In this document: positions 16,949 through 28,210 of the stretch, one piece after another
Position numbering within the stretch: the first letter of the stretch is position 1
Layout: each line of letters begins with the position of its first letter
Assembly (NCBI RefSeq): GCF_016433145.1
Contig: NC_058131.1
Span: 285,754,103-285,818,102 of the forward strand
DNA length: 64,000 bases
DNA from: Gracilinanus agilis
Taxonomy: Eukaryota
Direction of reading: 5' to 3'
Notes under the pieces: generated by a model
Database searches by the model: none
Seen by the model: the letters and a program-made list of their open reading frames with translations, nothing else
Told to the model about the DNA's origin: nothing
Program-made: the position numbers and the translations under genes

Positions 16949-19581
16949 TTCTAGAGAATACTCTAGGGAAGATGAGGGTTAGTTGACTATCTCACATAAT
17001 CTGGATGGATTAGAAGATGACCATAAATGAAGAGAAGGGATGGTGGGAGCAGGCATCCCTTGAACCTAACTTTCATCTTAACCAGTCAAAAAGAGAGCAA
17101 AACACACAAGCAAAAAATATAGTATAAAAATACATTCAATTCAACAGGGAAACAGGAAGAAACTGGAAAGTATGAGAATAGAGAAGGAAAAGGAAGTTTG
17201 CAATAAAATCAGGTTGGAAACTGAGTGGCTCACTGGCAAAACTTAGAGAGTTCCAAAGGGATCAAAGGACAGGATAAAGAGAGAGCTTGAAGTCTGGAAG
17301 AGGTTGCTGAGTTTCTGTGAGCATTGGAACTTTGGAGTGACAACTTCTGGGAGGTTAACAGTTGGTCTGGAAGAGGAACAGTTGCCCAGCCTGTTGAGCT
17401 GTTGAACCAGCCTTTTCCAGCTTCTGGATATAGCTTTCCTTTGGTTCCTGCCTCTTCATCCCTGTCCTGAACTTTGAGATACTAGTTTGTTCCTGATAAG
17501 AAGTCTAGCCTGAAGATAATTTTATTTGTCTGTACTCAGCAAAACCCTGTAGGTTATTGCCTGTAGGGTCTCTGTGTCCCTGCCATCTGGTCATTGGCCT
17601 AATTCAGCAACTGAACTATTTTGCCAGTATCAAAGACTTTTGGAGTGGCCTAGTCAGGATAGCTAGAATAGGGATTTTGGGGTACAGCCCAGAGAGGTCA
17701 GGGTGTCACTTAGCTTCAAGATCAGAAGGTAGATCCATTCGGATTTCTTAGAGTGGAGGGTAGAGTCTAGGTTTTGTAGTATTAGGGAAACTCATGGCCC
17801 TCCTTCTTATCCCATTCCTTGTTTATTTTCATCATTAAACCTTGTGTCACTATATAAAGCAGGCAGATTGCATTCTTGAAAGATCCAGGACTAAGGGCCA
17901 CCATTCTGCCCTCTGAGCCTGATACAGAGACAACAGACTTTTGATTTTACTAAACTGCAACAAACTCCAAATTTGGGAAGGGATTATTAAAAAGAAAGAA
18001 AAGACAAGAATCTGTGATTGGTTTCTGGGTTAGGGATTAGGGGAACAGAAGCAAATTGCATCAACATACCACTATAAACCACTCCTCTCTCATAATTCTT
18101 CTTTATAAAGGTTGAGACAGGGGACAAAGAGAGAAAAATTTTTAAAGAATATGATCAAGGGAAATAATAATAAAAATGTGATTAAAAAATTTTTTTGAAA
18201 GACTTCATTCTCAACAATGTAATTGCCAACCATAATTCCAGGGTACCAATGATGAACATGCTGCCCAGTCATTATACTTATATATAAATGGAATTAATCA
18301 TATATGTAAATGGAAGTTACTAAAATATAAGAATTATATTATTAATAATTAGTATAATTATCAATTAGTTAATATAAGAATTATGTATAATTATGTAAGA
18401 ATTACATGTCTTCTGAAAGTCACCATATTAAACACCTACCACGTGCCAGGCACTGTGCTAAGTTACAAAGAAAGGCAAAAAGTAGTTCCCGAACTCAAGG
18501 AGCTCACAATCTAATGGGAGAGACAATATACAAACAACTGTGTACAAACAAGCTATAGGCAGAATAAATTGAAATAACCAGCAGAGGGAAGGTGCTAGAA
18601 TTAAGGAAGATTGGGAAAAGCTTTCTGTAGAAGTTGGGATTTTCACTGGGACAAGGAGGAAATCAGGGAATCAATTAGGAGGAAATGAGGAGGGAGAACA
18701 TTCCAGTCATGGGAGATAGCCAATGAAAATTGCCAGAACTAAAAGACAGTATCTTATGGAGACCAGAAAATAAGCCAATATCATTGGATCTAAGAGAGGT
18801 TGAGAACTGGAGAATAATAAAGATGGTGAAGAAACATAGGTTGTTTTGAAGAGTTTTGAATGCCAGATAGAGGATTTTTATATTTGATCTTGGAGACAAT
18901 TGGTAGCTTCTGGAGGATGATGACATGGTTGGGACTACATGCACTTTAGGAAAATTACTTTGGCAGCTTACTGGAGAATGGGTTAGAGTAGGGAGAGACT
19001 TGTGGAAGGCAGACCAACCAGAAAGCAATTGCAATAGACCAGGAGTGAAGGGTTGAGGACCTGTACCAGGGTGAAGGGGGAATATTTTGAGAGATGTTAC
19101 AACAGTGAAATGAATAGGCATTGACAACAGATTGGATATGGGAGGTGGGGACAGATAGTGAGGAATTGAGGATGCCATCTAGGTTTCAGGCCTGGATGGT
19201 TCTCTAAACAGAAAATGGGAAATCTGGAAGAGGAGAGGATTTCAGGGGAAAGTTAATGAATTGTTTTGCCCTTGTTTAAGTTACAAGATATCAGTTCAGG
19301 ATTTCTAATAGGTAATTGGAGATATGGGTCAGCACAAAGATTGTATGCAAATCATCAGCATAGAGATGATAATTGAATCTATGAGAGATCACCAAGTAAA
19401 ATAAAGGAGAAAAGGGCTCCAGACAGAACTCTCTCTGGGGGACATCCACAGTTAGGGGACATGGCCTGCATGAAGATCCAACAAAAGAGACTAAAGAGTG
19501 AGTAGCCAGGTATAAGAGGAGAACCAGGAGAGAGTAGTACCTTAAATACCTAGAGTGAAAAGAATATCAAAAGGGAAAGTG

Positions 19582-19796
19582 GGGCAGCTGGGTAGCTCAG
19601 TGGATTGAGAGCCAGGCCTAGAGACGGGAGGTCCTAGGTTCAAATCCGGCCTCAGCCACTTCCCAGCTGTGTGACCCTGGGCAAGTCACTTGACCCCCAT
19701 TGCCTACCCTTACCAATCTTCCACCTATAAAGTCAATACACAGAAGTTAAGGGTTTAAAATAAAAAATAAAAAAAAAAAGCAAAAAAAAAAAAAAA
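19582..19796 (+). mobile_element. Young SINE-1 inserted in L2
   Basis: TSD AAAAGGGAAAGTG at 19569-19581 and 19797-19809. Confidence 0.92.
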
Positions 19797-19889
19797 AAAA
19801 GGGAAAGTGATGGAATGTATCAAAGACAATGGAGAGGCCAAGAAGAATGAGGATTGAGAAGGGTCACTGGATTGAGTAATTATGAGATG

Positions 19890-21415
19890 GCAGGAAGAGA
19901 CTGGGGCAAGAATTCACTATTTGACAAAACTACTTCTGGGGTAACTGGAAATCAGTCTGGCAGAAACAAGGTATAGACTCATACTATATACCAAGATAAG
20001 TTCAAAATGGATACGTGATCATAAAGGGTCATATCATAAACAAAGTAGGGGAACTATTACTGTCAGATCTATGAATAGAAGAGTTCATGACCACACAAAA
20101 GCAAGAAAGGATCACAGAAGGTAAAATGGATAATTTTGATTACATTAAATTTAAAAGGCTTTGCACAAACAAAACCAATGCAGCCAATATTAGAAAGAAA
20201 GTAGGAACCCAGGGAAAATATTTACAGCAAGTTTCTCTGATAAAGGTCTCAGATATATCCAGAAATGAGTCAAATTCATACAAATAAGACCTGTTCCCCA
20301 AGTATTAAATGGTCAGAAATATGAATAGGCAGTTTTCAGAAGTCAGAGCTATCAATATTCATATTTAAAATACTCTAGATCACCAACAATTAGAGAAATA
20401 CACATTAAAACAACACAACTCTGATGTACCACCTCATGCCCATCAAATTGACTAAGATGACAAAAAATGGAAATAACAAATATTGGACAGAATGTGGGGA
20501 AACTGGGACATTAGTATAGTGCTGGAGCAACAAACTGGTCTAACCAATCTGGAGAACAATTAAAACTATGCCCAAAGGACTACGGAATCATGCATACCCT
20601 TTGACTCAGAGATACCACTGCTAAATTTAAACCCCAAGGGGATCAAAGAAAAAGAAAAAAGATCTATATGTACAAAAATATTTATAGCAGCTCTTTTTGT
20701 GGTGACAAAGAATTAGAAACTGAGGGAATGCCCATCAAGAGGAAAGACTGAACAAGTTATGGTATATGACTGTGAGAGAGAATATTATCGTGCTGTAAGA
20801 AATAAAGGGAATGATTTCAAAAAAGCTTGGGAAGATTCCTAATAAACTGATGCAAAATGAGTCTAACGCAGAGTAAAAGCAATATTGTAGTACTAAACTT
20901 CTATGAAGAACTTAGCAGCTCTGATCAATACAATGATCTATGACAATTCCGAAGGACTCATGATGAAAAGTGCTATCCGCAGCTAGGTGGCTCAGTGAAT
21001 AGAGAGGCCTGAAGATGGGAAGTTCTGGGTTCAAATTTGGCCTCAGATTCTTCCTAGCTGTGTGCCCTTGGACAAATCACTCAACCCCAATTGCTTAGCC
21101 CTTACTGATCTTTTGCTTTGGAACTTATACTTAGTATCACTTCTAAGACAGAAATTAAGGATTTAAAAGAAAAGAAAAAGGCACTTCCAGATAGGGAACT
21201 TACAGACTTTGAGTGCAAATTGAAAGCATTTTTTTTCTCTTTCCTTATTTTTCTTGGTTTCTTTCCATCCCACCCACAAGAGCATAACTAATTAGAAGTA
21301 TGTCTTGAATGACTTCTCATGTATAATGAGTATCATATTTCTTGCCTTCTTAGAAGGTGGAAGAGGGAGTGGTGGGAAGGAGAAAATTTGGAACTGAAAA
21401 TAAAAAATTTTAAGT
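19890..21415 (+). mobile_element. 5'-truncated L1 (ORF2 3' part plus 3'UTR) containing a SINE at ~20979-21175
   Basis: Degenerate ORF2 (KMDNFDYIKFKRLCTNKTNAANIR); marsupial L1 3'UTR. Confidence 0.85.
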
Positions 21416-21607
21416 TTTTTCTTCTTTTTAAACCCTTACCTTCCATCTTGGAGTCAATACTTTGTAACACCATGAAGGGGATACATGGGTAATGGCAAGG
21501 TCAAGGGGATGACCATCTTTGTGTGTGGCTAAAGTAGGGTGGAGGAGTAGGTCATGGGAAATGAGCAAGTTGAGGGCCTGGAAGGGTAAGGTGTTTGAGG
21601 AGGTATC

Positions 21608-22292
21608 TGTAGCAGTCCGGGCATGTATAAACCTTGGTTATATTTTAGGGGTGCTCAAAAACCACACTTATGAGCTACGTGCTCAATTTTACCAGGCTAA
21701 ATTCTATGCCTCTGGTTCAGTACTTAACCTTGTCTAACTTCGACCCAGCCTTGGGGCTACACTCCCAAAGACTGACCAGAGATCTCAGTATCTTGGTTTT
21801 ACCAACAACAATCTATCAACATAGCTATAAGACAAAACTCATATGCCTTAGGCCATATGTACTCCTGATTTGGGGCATTAGCTAGAGTAGGTTGTTTTAG
21901 GATTGGGCAGTGTGCACCTTGTGATGATTACCTAACTTGTCAGACCATCTTTGTCCCTTCCCCCCTTCCTTTTTGCAACCTCAATAAAAATGAGGAAAAA
22001 GCTCTTCCCCCCCCAGAGCTCTATTCCATCAGAGCTCAATTCCACCTACACCCTACTTGCTGTAAGGACTACGCTTCTGCTACAATTCTCTTGTGCCTGA
22101 GTCTTTCTTTATTGGGTCTGTAATGGGGAAAACCATCAGAGGAGGACGCAGGCTGGAGTCCAGGTTGTTGAATCTTTCATCTCTGAGTCTTTCTTCCTTT
22201 ATTGTTTCCCTTCTCCGTTTCCCTCAAGTCTTCAACCTCTCTTCTGAGGGTTCACCCACGAATATATTCATTTGTGGCTGCTGGCAGCTACA
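21608..22292 (+). mobile_element. Solo LTR, 685 bp
   Basis: TGTAGC...GCTACA ends; 5-bp TSD GTATC at 21603-21607 and 22293-22297; AATAAA 21983. Confidence 0.9.
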
Positions 22293-22451
22293 GTATCAAT
22301 TTGTATGTTGAAGCCCCATGGTAGGGTGGCAGGCGATGGGAAGCAAAGAAAGTTTGTGAGCCAGGTGCTGAACTTATCGAAGAAGGAAGGGGAGTATCCC
22401 AAAGGTTTATAGACAGTGACTGCTAGGATTTTGATTGGGTTGTAGATGTAC

Positions 22452-23074
22452 TGTAGATGTGGAATCTGGAAGCCCCCAAATTTATAGCCTAGAAAGATTT
22501 GATGAACCCCTGTTTAATTGGCTTGAAGGTGAAAGTCCCAGGTTTGACCTTGTGAGTGATGGTTCTTCCCTGAGAGAAAGTCCAACTTCGCTGGTCTCCA
22601 ACTAACAATAGGCCTTCAAGGAGCTTGGGTGGGGAGGGCTAATCCCATCAGATGCTGAGCATCTCTTTTGTCCCAATGGTTTCTCCCCTTAGGCCAAAGT
22701 CCTTTACCAAAGTGGTGAAGCCCTTTTGTGTCCATCGTAAGGCATCAGCCCCTCACTGTTATTCCTGCCTGGGACTCCTCATTTTCCTTTACCATTGTAA
22801 AGTCAATCAACTATCCCTCTTAGTCCTTAGTCTCCATTTTCCCCAGGAAAAGTATTTAAGTTTCCCAACTTCTATGGCTCCTTGGAGTCATCATCTAGCA
22901 GGGTGGCACTCCCAGGGGTCCAGGCCTAGAGCATTCAGAGTGTAATCCTTGCACTCTGTATAGGCGTTTGGCATGCAGCTCTGTGTAGAGGCCTACTCAG
23001 CCCTGTTACCCCTTTCCTTAATTAAAGAGTGGCCTTTCTGACTATTTAATAGTTCTGTTTTTTCCAAGTCAACA
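22452..23074 (+). mobile_element. Solo LTR (ERV1-type TSD length), 623 bp
   Basis: TG...CA; 4-bp TSD GTAC at 22448-22451 and 23075-23078; TATTTAA 22853; ATTAAA 23021. Confidence 0.88.
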
Positions 23075-23340
23075 GTACATTATGTGAACCTCAAAGGAAG
23101 GGAAGGTGAGAACTTAGAAGTGGCAAGGTTAAATAAGGAGTATTCCAACTGTGTGTGTGTGTGTATGAGAGTGCCACTAAGACTGATCAGGGAGGCTAGG
23201 GAACTGGCAGGAGGGAGCCAAGTCTCAGCGAGAGCCAGAAGATGGAAGGCATTAGAAAAGAAAAAATTTAAGAAGAAAAAAAATTGTTACCTATAAAGCA
23301 GGTTTTCCAGTGGGCACAGTGGAAGAGGTGGGTAGCTTTT

Positions 23341-23954
23341 TTTTTTTAGAAAAATTTTCCATGGTTACGTGATTCTTGTTTTTACTTTCCCCTTCACCAC
23401 CACCCCCATATCCAATGCACATCTCCACTGATTTTAACATGTGTCATCAATCAATGCTTATTTACATATTATTGATAATTGCATTGGAGTTGTCATTTCA
23501 GGTCTACATCCCCAACCATGTCTGCATCAACCCATGTGATCAAGCAGTTGTTTTTCTTCTGTTTACACTCCTGCAGTTCTTCCTCTGAATGTAGGTAGGG
23601 TTCTTTTCCATAAATCCCTCAGAATTGTCCTGGGTCCTTGCTTTGCTGCCAGTACAGAAGTCCATTACATTCGCTTTTACCACAGTGTATCAGTCTCTGT
23701 GTACAATGTTTTTCTGGCTCTGCTCCTTTCACTCTGCATCAATTCCTGGAGGTCTTTCCAGTTCACATGGAATTCCTTCAGTTTATTATCCCTTTGAGCA
23801 CAGTAGTATTCCATCACCAGCATATACCACAATTTGTTCAGCCATTCCCCAATTGAAGGACATACCCTCGTTTTCCAGTTTTTTGCCACCACAAATAGCG
23901 CAGCTATAAATATTTTTGTACAAGTCTGTTTATCTATGATATCTTTGGGGTACA
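23341..23954 (-). mobile_element. 5'-truncated L1 (ORF2 C-terminus plus 3'UTR)
   Basis: ORF KIFIAALFVVAKNWK..CPSIGEWLNKLWY; 18-bp TSD AAGAGGTGGGTAGCTTTT at 23323-23340 and 23955-23972. Confidence 0.95.
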
Positions 23955-24055
23955 AAGAGGTGGGTAGCTTTTGATTAGGACTTTGGGGTGTGCATAAAAT
24001 GGGAATGATTCTCTGGGGAATGGAGTATTGGATGATGACCTATTAGGGTTCAGAA

Positions 24056-24951
24056 TGACTGAAATGAGAATTTATTAATCACTAAGTAAAAGTTTGGATA
24101 TTTTTACATTCAATTTTATTATGACTTTAGGGTGGAGTCTTTTCAGAGCCAAGGCAGGATACCTGGCTAGAAACTCATTTCTGATGCAGGAGACCGGTAT
24201 AATGGAATGTTACTTCTCTTCTCACAAGAGCTGGAGAGTAGGAAATAGATGCTGTAAGATACTTTTGGAAACTATCCGAAAGTCCCTACTACTGCCTATT
24301 TGTTTATTTAGGCTTTGACCTCAGGGCCATGGGTGTAACAATTAAAAAGGGTCAGTAATTGATGTTTGATAGAAGAGAGATAGAGAAAGTCTATGTGATC
24401 TCTCTTCCAGCACTCCCCTGGAGCCAAATGTACACTGGGAGACTTTAAGGGGGTGTCATCCTGAAACTGGGTGACCTGTATGGTCATGCCACCCCACAGG
24501 AGTCAGAGGCAAGGCTTCCCTATAAGAGGAGGTATGTGGCACCCCAATACGATCTTGAATAGGGACGGGGTTTGTTGTCAGGAAGTAAATAATCTGAGTG
24601 GGTCTCGAACACAATTTGGGTGTGAGGAAGGATAAAGGGGATATAGGTGATTATAAGGTGATTGGAGGAGGAATGAAGGTATGGGAAAGTATATAGGAGA
24701 TAAAGGAAATGGGGTATGTAGGAGAGGGCAGCTCAAACAGGTTTATTCCCAGAGGCTTGAGACAGAGGATACAGGGAGGAAATTAGGGCCAGTAAGAAAT
24801 GTTTAGGTTTTGGCTGGAGGGTTTCTCTTGTTAGTTTCTAAAGTCTCTTGAGGGAGGAGTTGAGAGGGCCCCTGCCTGCCAGTCAAATTGATGGCTGAAG
24901 GAAGTCTTGGGTAGGTACTTTCTGCCAAGATGGATGCCGCCAGTTCTCTCA
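24056..24951 (-). mobile_element. Solo LTR, 896 bp
   Basis: Minus strand TGAGAG...AGTCA; AATAAA just before the U5 end; 4-bp TSD AGAA at 24052-24055 and 24952-24955. Confidence 0.8.
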
Positions 24952-25002
24952 AGAAATAAAAAGAAAATGATTCCTTCTCTCTTTAGCCCTTGCCTCAATC
25001 TT

Positions 25003-25688
25003 TGATACAATGATTCACCAGAGGCTTTGAGTAGGTAACAAGGGGATTTATTAATCTCAGGTTAGTCAGAGGGAAGAGGTTCAGGATTTCTAACTGCTGC
25101 TAGGGAGAGGGGTGATGGTGGGGGATGGGTCGTGGAGAGGTTTAGTCTGAGAGAGCCTGCTCTCTCAGTGGGGAGATTTGACTGCCTTTCAAGTAAAGTC
25201 CTTATTAAATCACTAAACCTAGGGGTAACTTATTTGAGAATACTCTACTTGTCTATAGAAACTAAAATCCACAATGTTTAATCACCAAGCCCTCCCTTCC
25301 ACCCAGGACCCACAGGAAATTCAGGGGAAGGGGAGGGATATGGATGGAGAGATCAAGGAGAGGTCCAGAGAAATGAGATAGGTTTAAATTTCTCCAAAAC
25401 AAGATAAGCACAGGCCAAGGTCGAAGCAAAGCCAAGCCGAAAGGCCGCAGCTAACAGGCTAAGTCAAAGCAAAAGCCTCTAGCCACTGTGAAAGCCAGAA
25501 GGCAAAAGCCCCAGCAGTTGGAACTTCACCTCTATTTATAGTTTCAAGTCTTAACTGACTTTCTGAAGATTCTAAGATGTTTAACTGACTTCTTGTGACT
25601 GTTAGAAATTACAGAAGCAAAAAGTTTCTGTTAGCCATCTTGCATTACAGGTTCACACAAACCTCCCTCCCCATCAGTTAATTTCACA
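25003..25688 (-). mobile_element. LTR-like element
   Basis: Minus strand TGTGAAA...TATAAATA...AATAAA...TATCA; no matching TSD found. Confidence 0.65.
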
Positions 25689-26864
25689 GCAGGTGATCTG
25701 GCTTCAAGATGGAGGCAGCCAGACCAAGCAGTGGTTCCCCTCTCCCTTGTCTCTCAGGCTCTCTGGAACACTAACTAATGAATGGCTTTTTATTATTTGG
25801 AAATCAGGGATTGGGGAAAGGGGTGAAGGGCAGAGGGATTTTGGGTTGTCCTCTTCACTATTCCTATGGGGTCCATCACTTAGGTGGGAACCTTAGTGGT
25901 TCCCACTCCTAAGCTTCTCCCCTCATCCCTTCTCCTTCTATTTCTATTTTTCTGTTTCTATCCTTTTCTATAATTGTAAGATTTGACTGAAAAGGGTCTC
26001 TCAGCAAGGTTGGGTAATGGGTGAAGGAGACTAAGAGATCACTCCCAAGAGTCCAAAAACTTAGCTAACTTTATGATTAAAGTCTTGATGGGTGAATTAT
26101 GCTGGAATGGCTTTGATCAGGGAATCAGGGTTTCAATTTCCAAAAGAAAGATCCTCAGGATGTCTGCCTCCTCCCTCTTCCCAGTCCTCTACCCAAAGAC
26201 CTCCCTTCTCCTCTTCCTTGGAGAAATTCCCAGAATCCTCTGCTGGTCTCAATTATCAGCAACTGTCCACAATTGCTTTCTCCCTTTGGTTCCCTCTCCT
26301 CTCCACAAAAACCCATCCTTACATGGACAATTAACACTTGACTTTGGAGACTAGTATAAAAATAAACTCTTTTATTTCGATTTAGGAATTTAAAAGATAA
26401 TATGGTATAACAGGAAGGGTTCCTTATCACTAAGGGGATTTCTAGCTAATGCCACCCACTTTCTGATACCTCTTGCTGTCCTCTTTCTGTTCCTAGAGAA
26501 CCAGGCTACTCTAACCCTCCTTTTAACTCACTAAAAACCCAAAATCTTAACTAAATAACCTAATCCTAATACCCTTATAAATAATATATATAATCCTTAA
26601 AAGTAAGTCTCCAAATATTATTACTTCAGTGTCATCCAGGCAGAGTGGACCTGACTGAGGTCTGGCCAAACCCTGTCTTTAATCTGGTCTTTTCAAAAGA
26701 TCAGAGGAAAGATCTTCTCATCAGGGTTTAACACTAGCCACACAGTCACTCCTCTCTTTTCCAGCGACTGCCAATACAGGTTATTTCCAAAGTTTTTTAA
26801 AGGAATATCCCAAAGAGTTTAGGACAGCCTGTGTCTTGAACCAAACTCAGGCCAAAGACTGCAG

Positions 26865-26884
26865 AGGGAGAGAGAGAGAGAGGG

Positions 26885-26916
<32 letters not shown>

Positions 26917-26942
26917 AGGGAGAGGGAGAGGGAGAGGGAGAG
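26865..26942 (+). repeat. (GA)n/(GAGAGG)n homopurine microsatellite
   Basis: Read directly. Confidence 0.95.
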
Positions 26943-27736
26943 ATATCAGATCAGATTCTTCAGGGCTCCCAGTGACAGGAACTCCACCTGAGAATTCCAA
27001 CCAATCTTTTGCTCCCCATTCTAAACTGACTTGAGACCCTCTGACTTTTTCTCTCTTGCCACTCAACTTATCAAAGCCTATTCCAATCTTAATCAATCCT
27101 ATTTCCAATAATGCTCAGGACAATGGTGAGATACCCACCTCTCCACATTTCCCTCCCATAGAAAGCTAGACTAGGCAGGAGATTGGCATGGGAAGGTAAC
27201 ATACCCTCTTCTCTTCCCTTCAGAGGCTGGAGGGCAGGCAGGCAACTCACGGGGCATGATGGTAAAACAACTACCTCTTCCCTTTCCTTTTCCATAGGAG
27301 GGTAGAGATAGAGAAATGAGGGCTTCAAGATACAAAATGAATCATGATTTTAGATATAGACAAAGCAGGAATTTATTTTGAATGACTGCATATTTCTTAC
27401 AATGAATGTTTTTATTCTTGTCCAGTTGAGGGTAGAGAGAGGAAAGTGAGAGGGAGAAGGGGTTAGGAATAGGTTCCCTAAATAAAAAAAAACAAAACAA
27501 AAAAAAATGAGAACAGAAGGGATCAAAACAGCAGATGGGGAATGGAACCAAGTTGGTGAAGAAGGGATAGGGACCCTCCTGATGTCTCTCAAATTACCCT
27601 CCAAACAACTTTGTTATGATGCCTCAAAATGAATTCTGGAGTGCCAGAACTGACAAAATGATGGACTGAAACAGTTTTTCATTCTGAGACAACTTAGAAG
27701 GTTGGTGGGAAAGGTCTGTCAAAACCTGGTTGGGAG

Positions 27737-27935
27737 GGGGCAGCTGGGTAGCTCAGTGGAGTGAGAGTCAGGCCTAGAGACAGGAGGTCCTAGGTTCAAA
27801 CCCAGCCTCAGCCACTTCCCAGCTGTGTGACCCTGGGCAAGTCACTTGACCCCCATTGCCCACCCTTACCAATCTTCCACCTATGAGACAATACACCGAA
27901 GTACAAGGGTTAAAAAAAAAAAAAAAAAAAAAAAC
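27737..27935 (+). mobile_element. Very young SINE-1
   Basis: Long pure A tail; TSD AACCTGGTTGGGAG at 27723-27736 and 27936-27949. Confidence 0.93.
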
Positions 27936-28033
27936 AACCTGGTTGGGAGTAGAACACAGATTAGTGCACTAAGGCAGACTCCACTTTGGCAAGCCAGCAA
28001 AGACCTTGGGGGCTATTGAAAAAGTGTCAGTGG

Positions 28034-28210
28034 GGGGGCAGCTGGGTAGCTCAGTGGACAGGCCTAGAGATGGGAGGTCCTAGGTTCAAATCCGGCCTCA
28101 GACACTTCCCAGCTGTGTGACCCTGGGCAAGTCACTTGACCCCCATTGCCCACCCTTACCACTCTTCCACCTAGGAGCCAATACACAGAAGTTAAGGGTT
28201 TAAAAAAAAA
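28034..28210 (+). mobile_element. SINE-1
   Basis: TSD TGTCAGTGG at 28025-28033 and 28211-28219. Confidence 0.9.

Larger units (their letters stand above)
18425..24055 (-). mobile_element. Long fragmented L2 LINE: 3' part 18425-19890; endonuclease pieces 21463-21607, 22293-22451, 23075-23340, 23955-24055
   Basis: L2 3' tail (cacctaccacgtgccaggcactgtgcta). APE motifs on minus: FHCAHW, HLLALAETWL, VGILL, SFEVH, VYKP, GFNI, THKDGHPLDL. Confidence 0.85.

Noticed and set aside
17000-17930. Possible old LTR (ATTAAA near 17835, ends ..ctgataca)
   Set aside because: No 5' boundary or TSD could be established
23677-23955. 92-aa ORF with good protein-like character
   Set aside because: L1 ORF2 C-terminus in a 5'-truncated TSD-flanked copy, not a host gene
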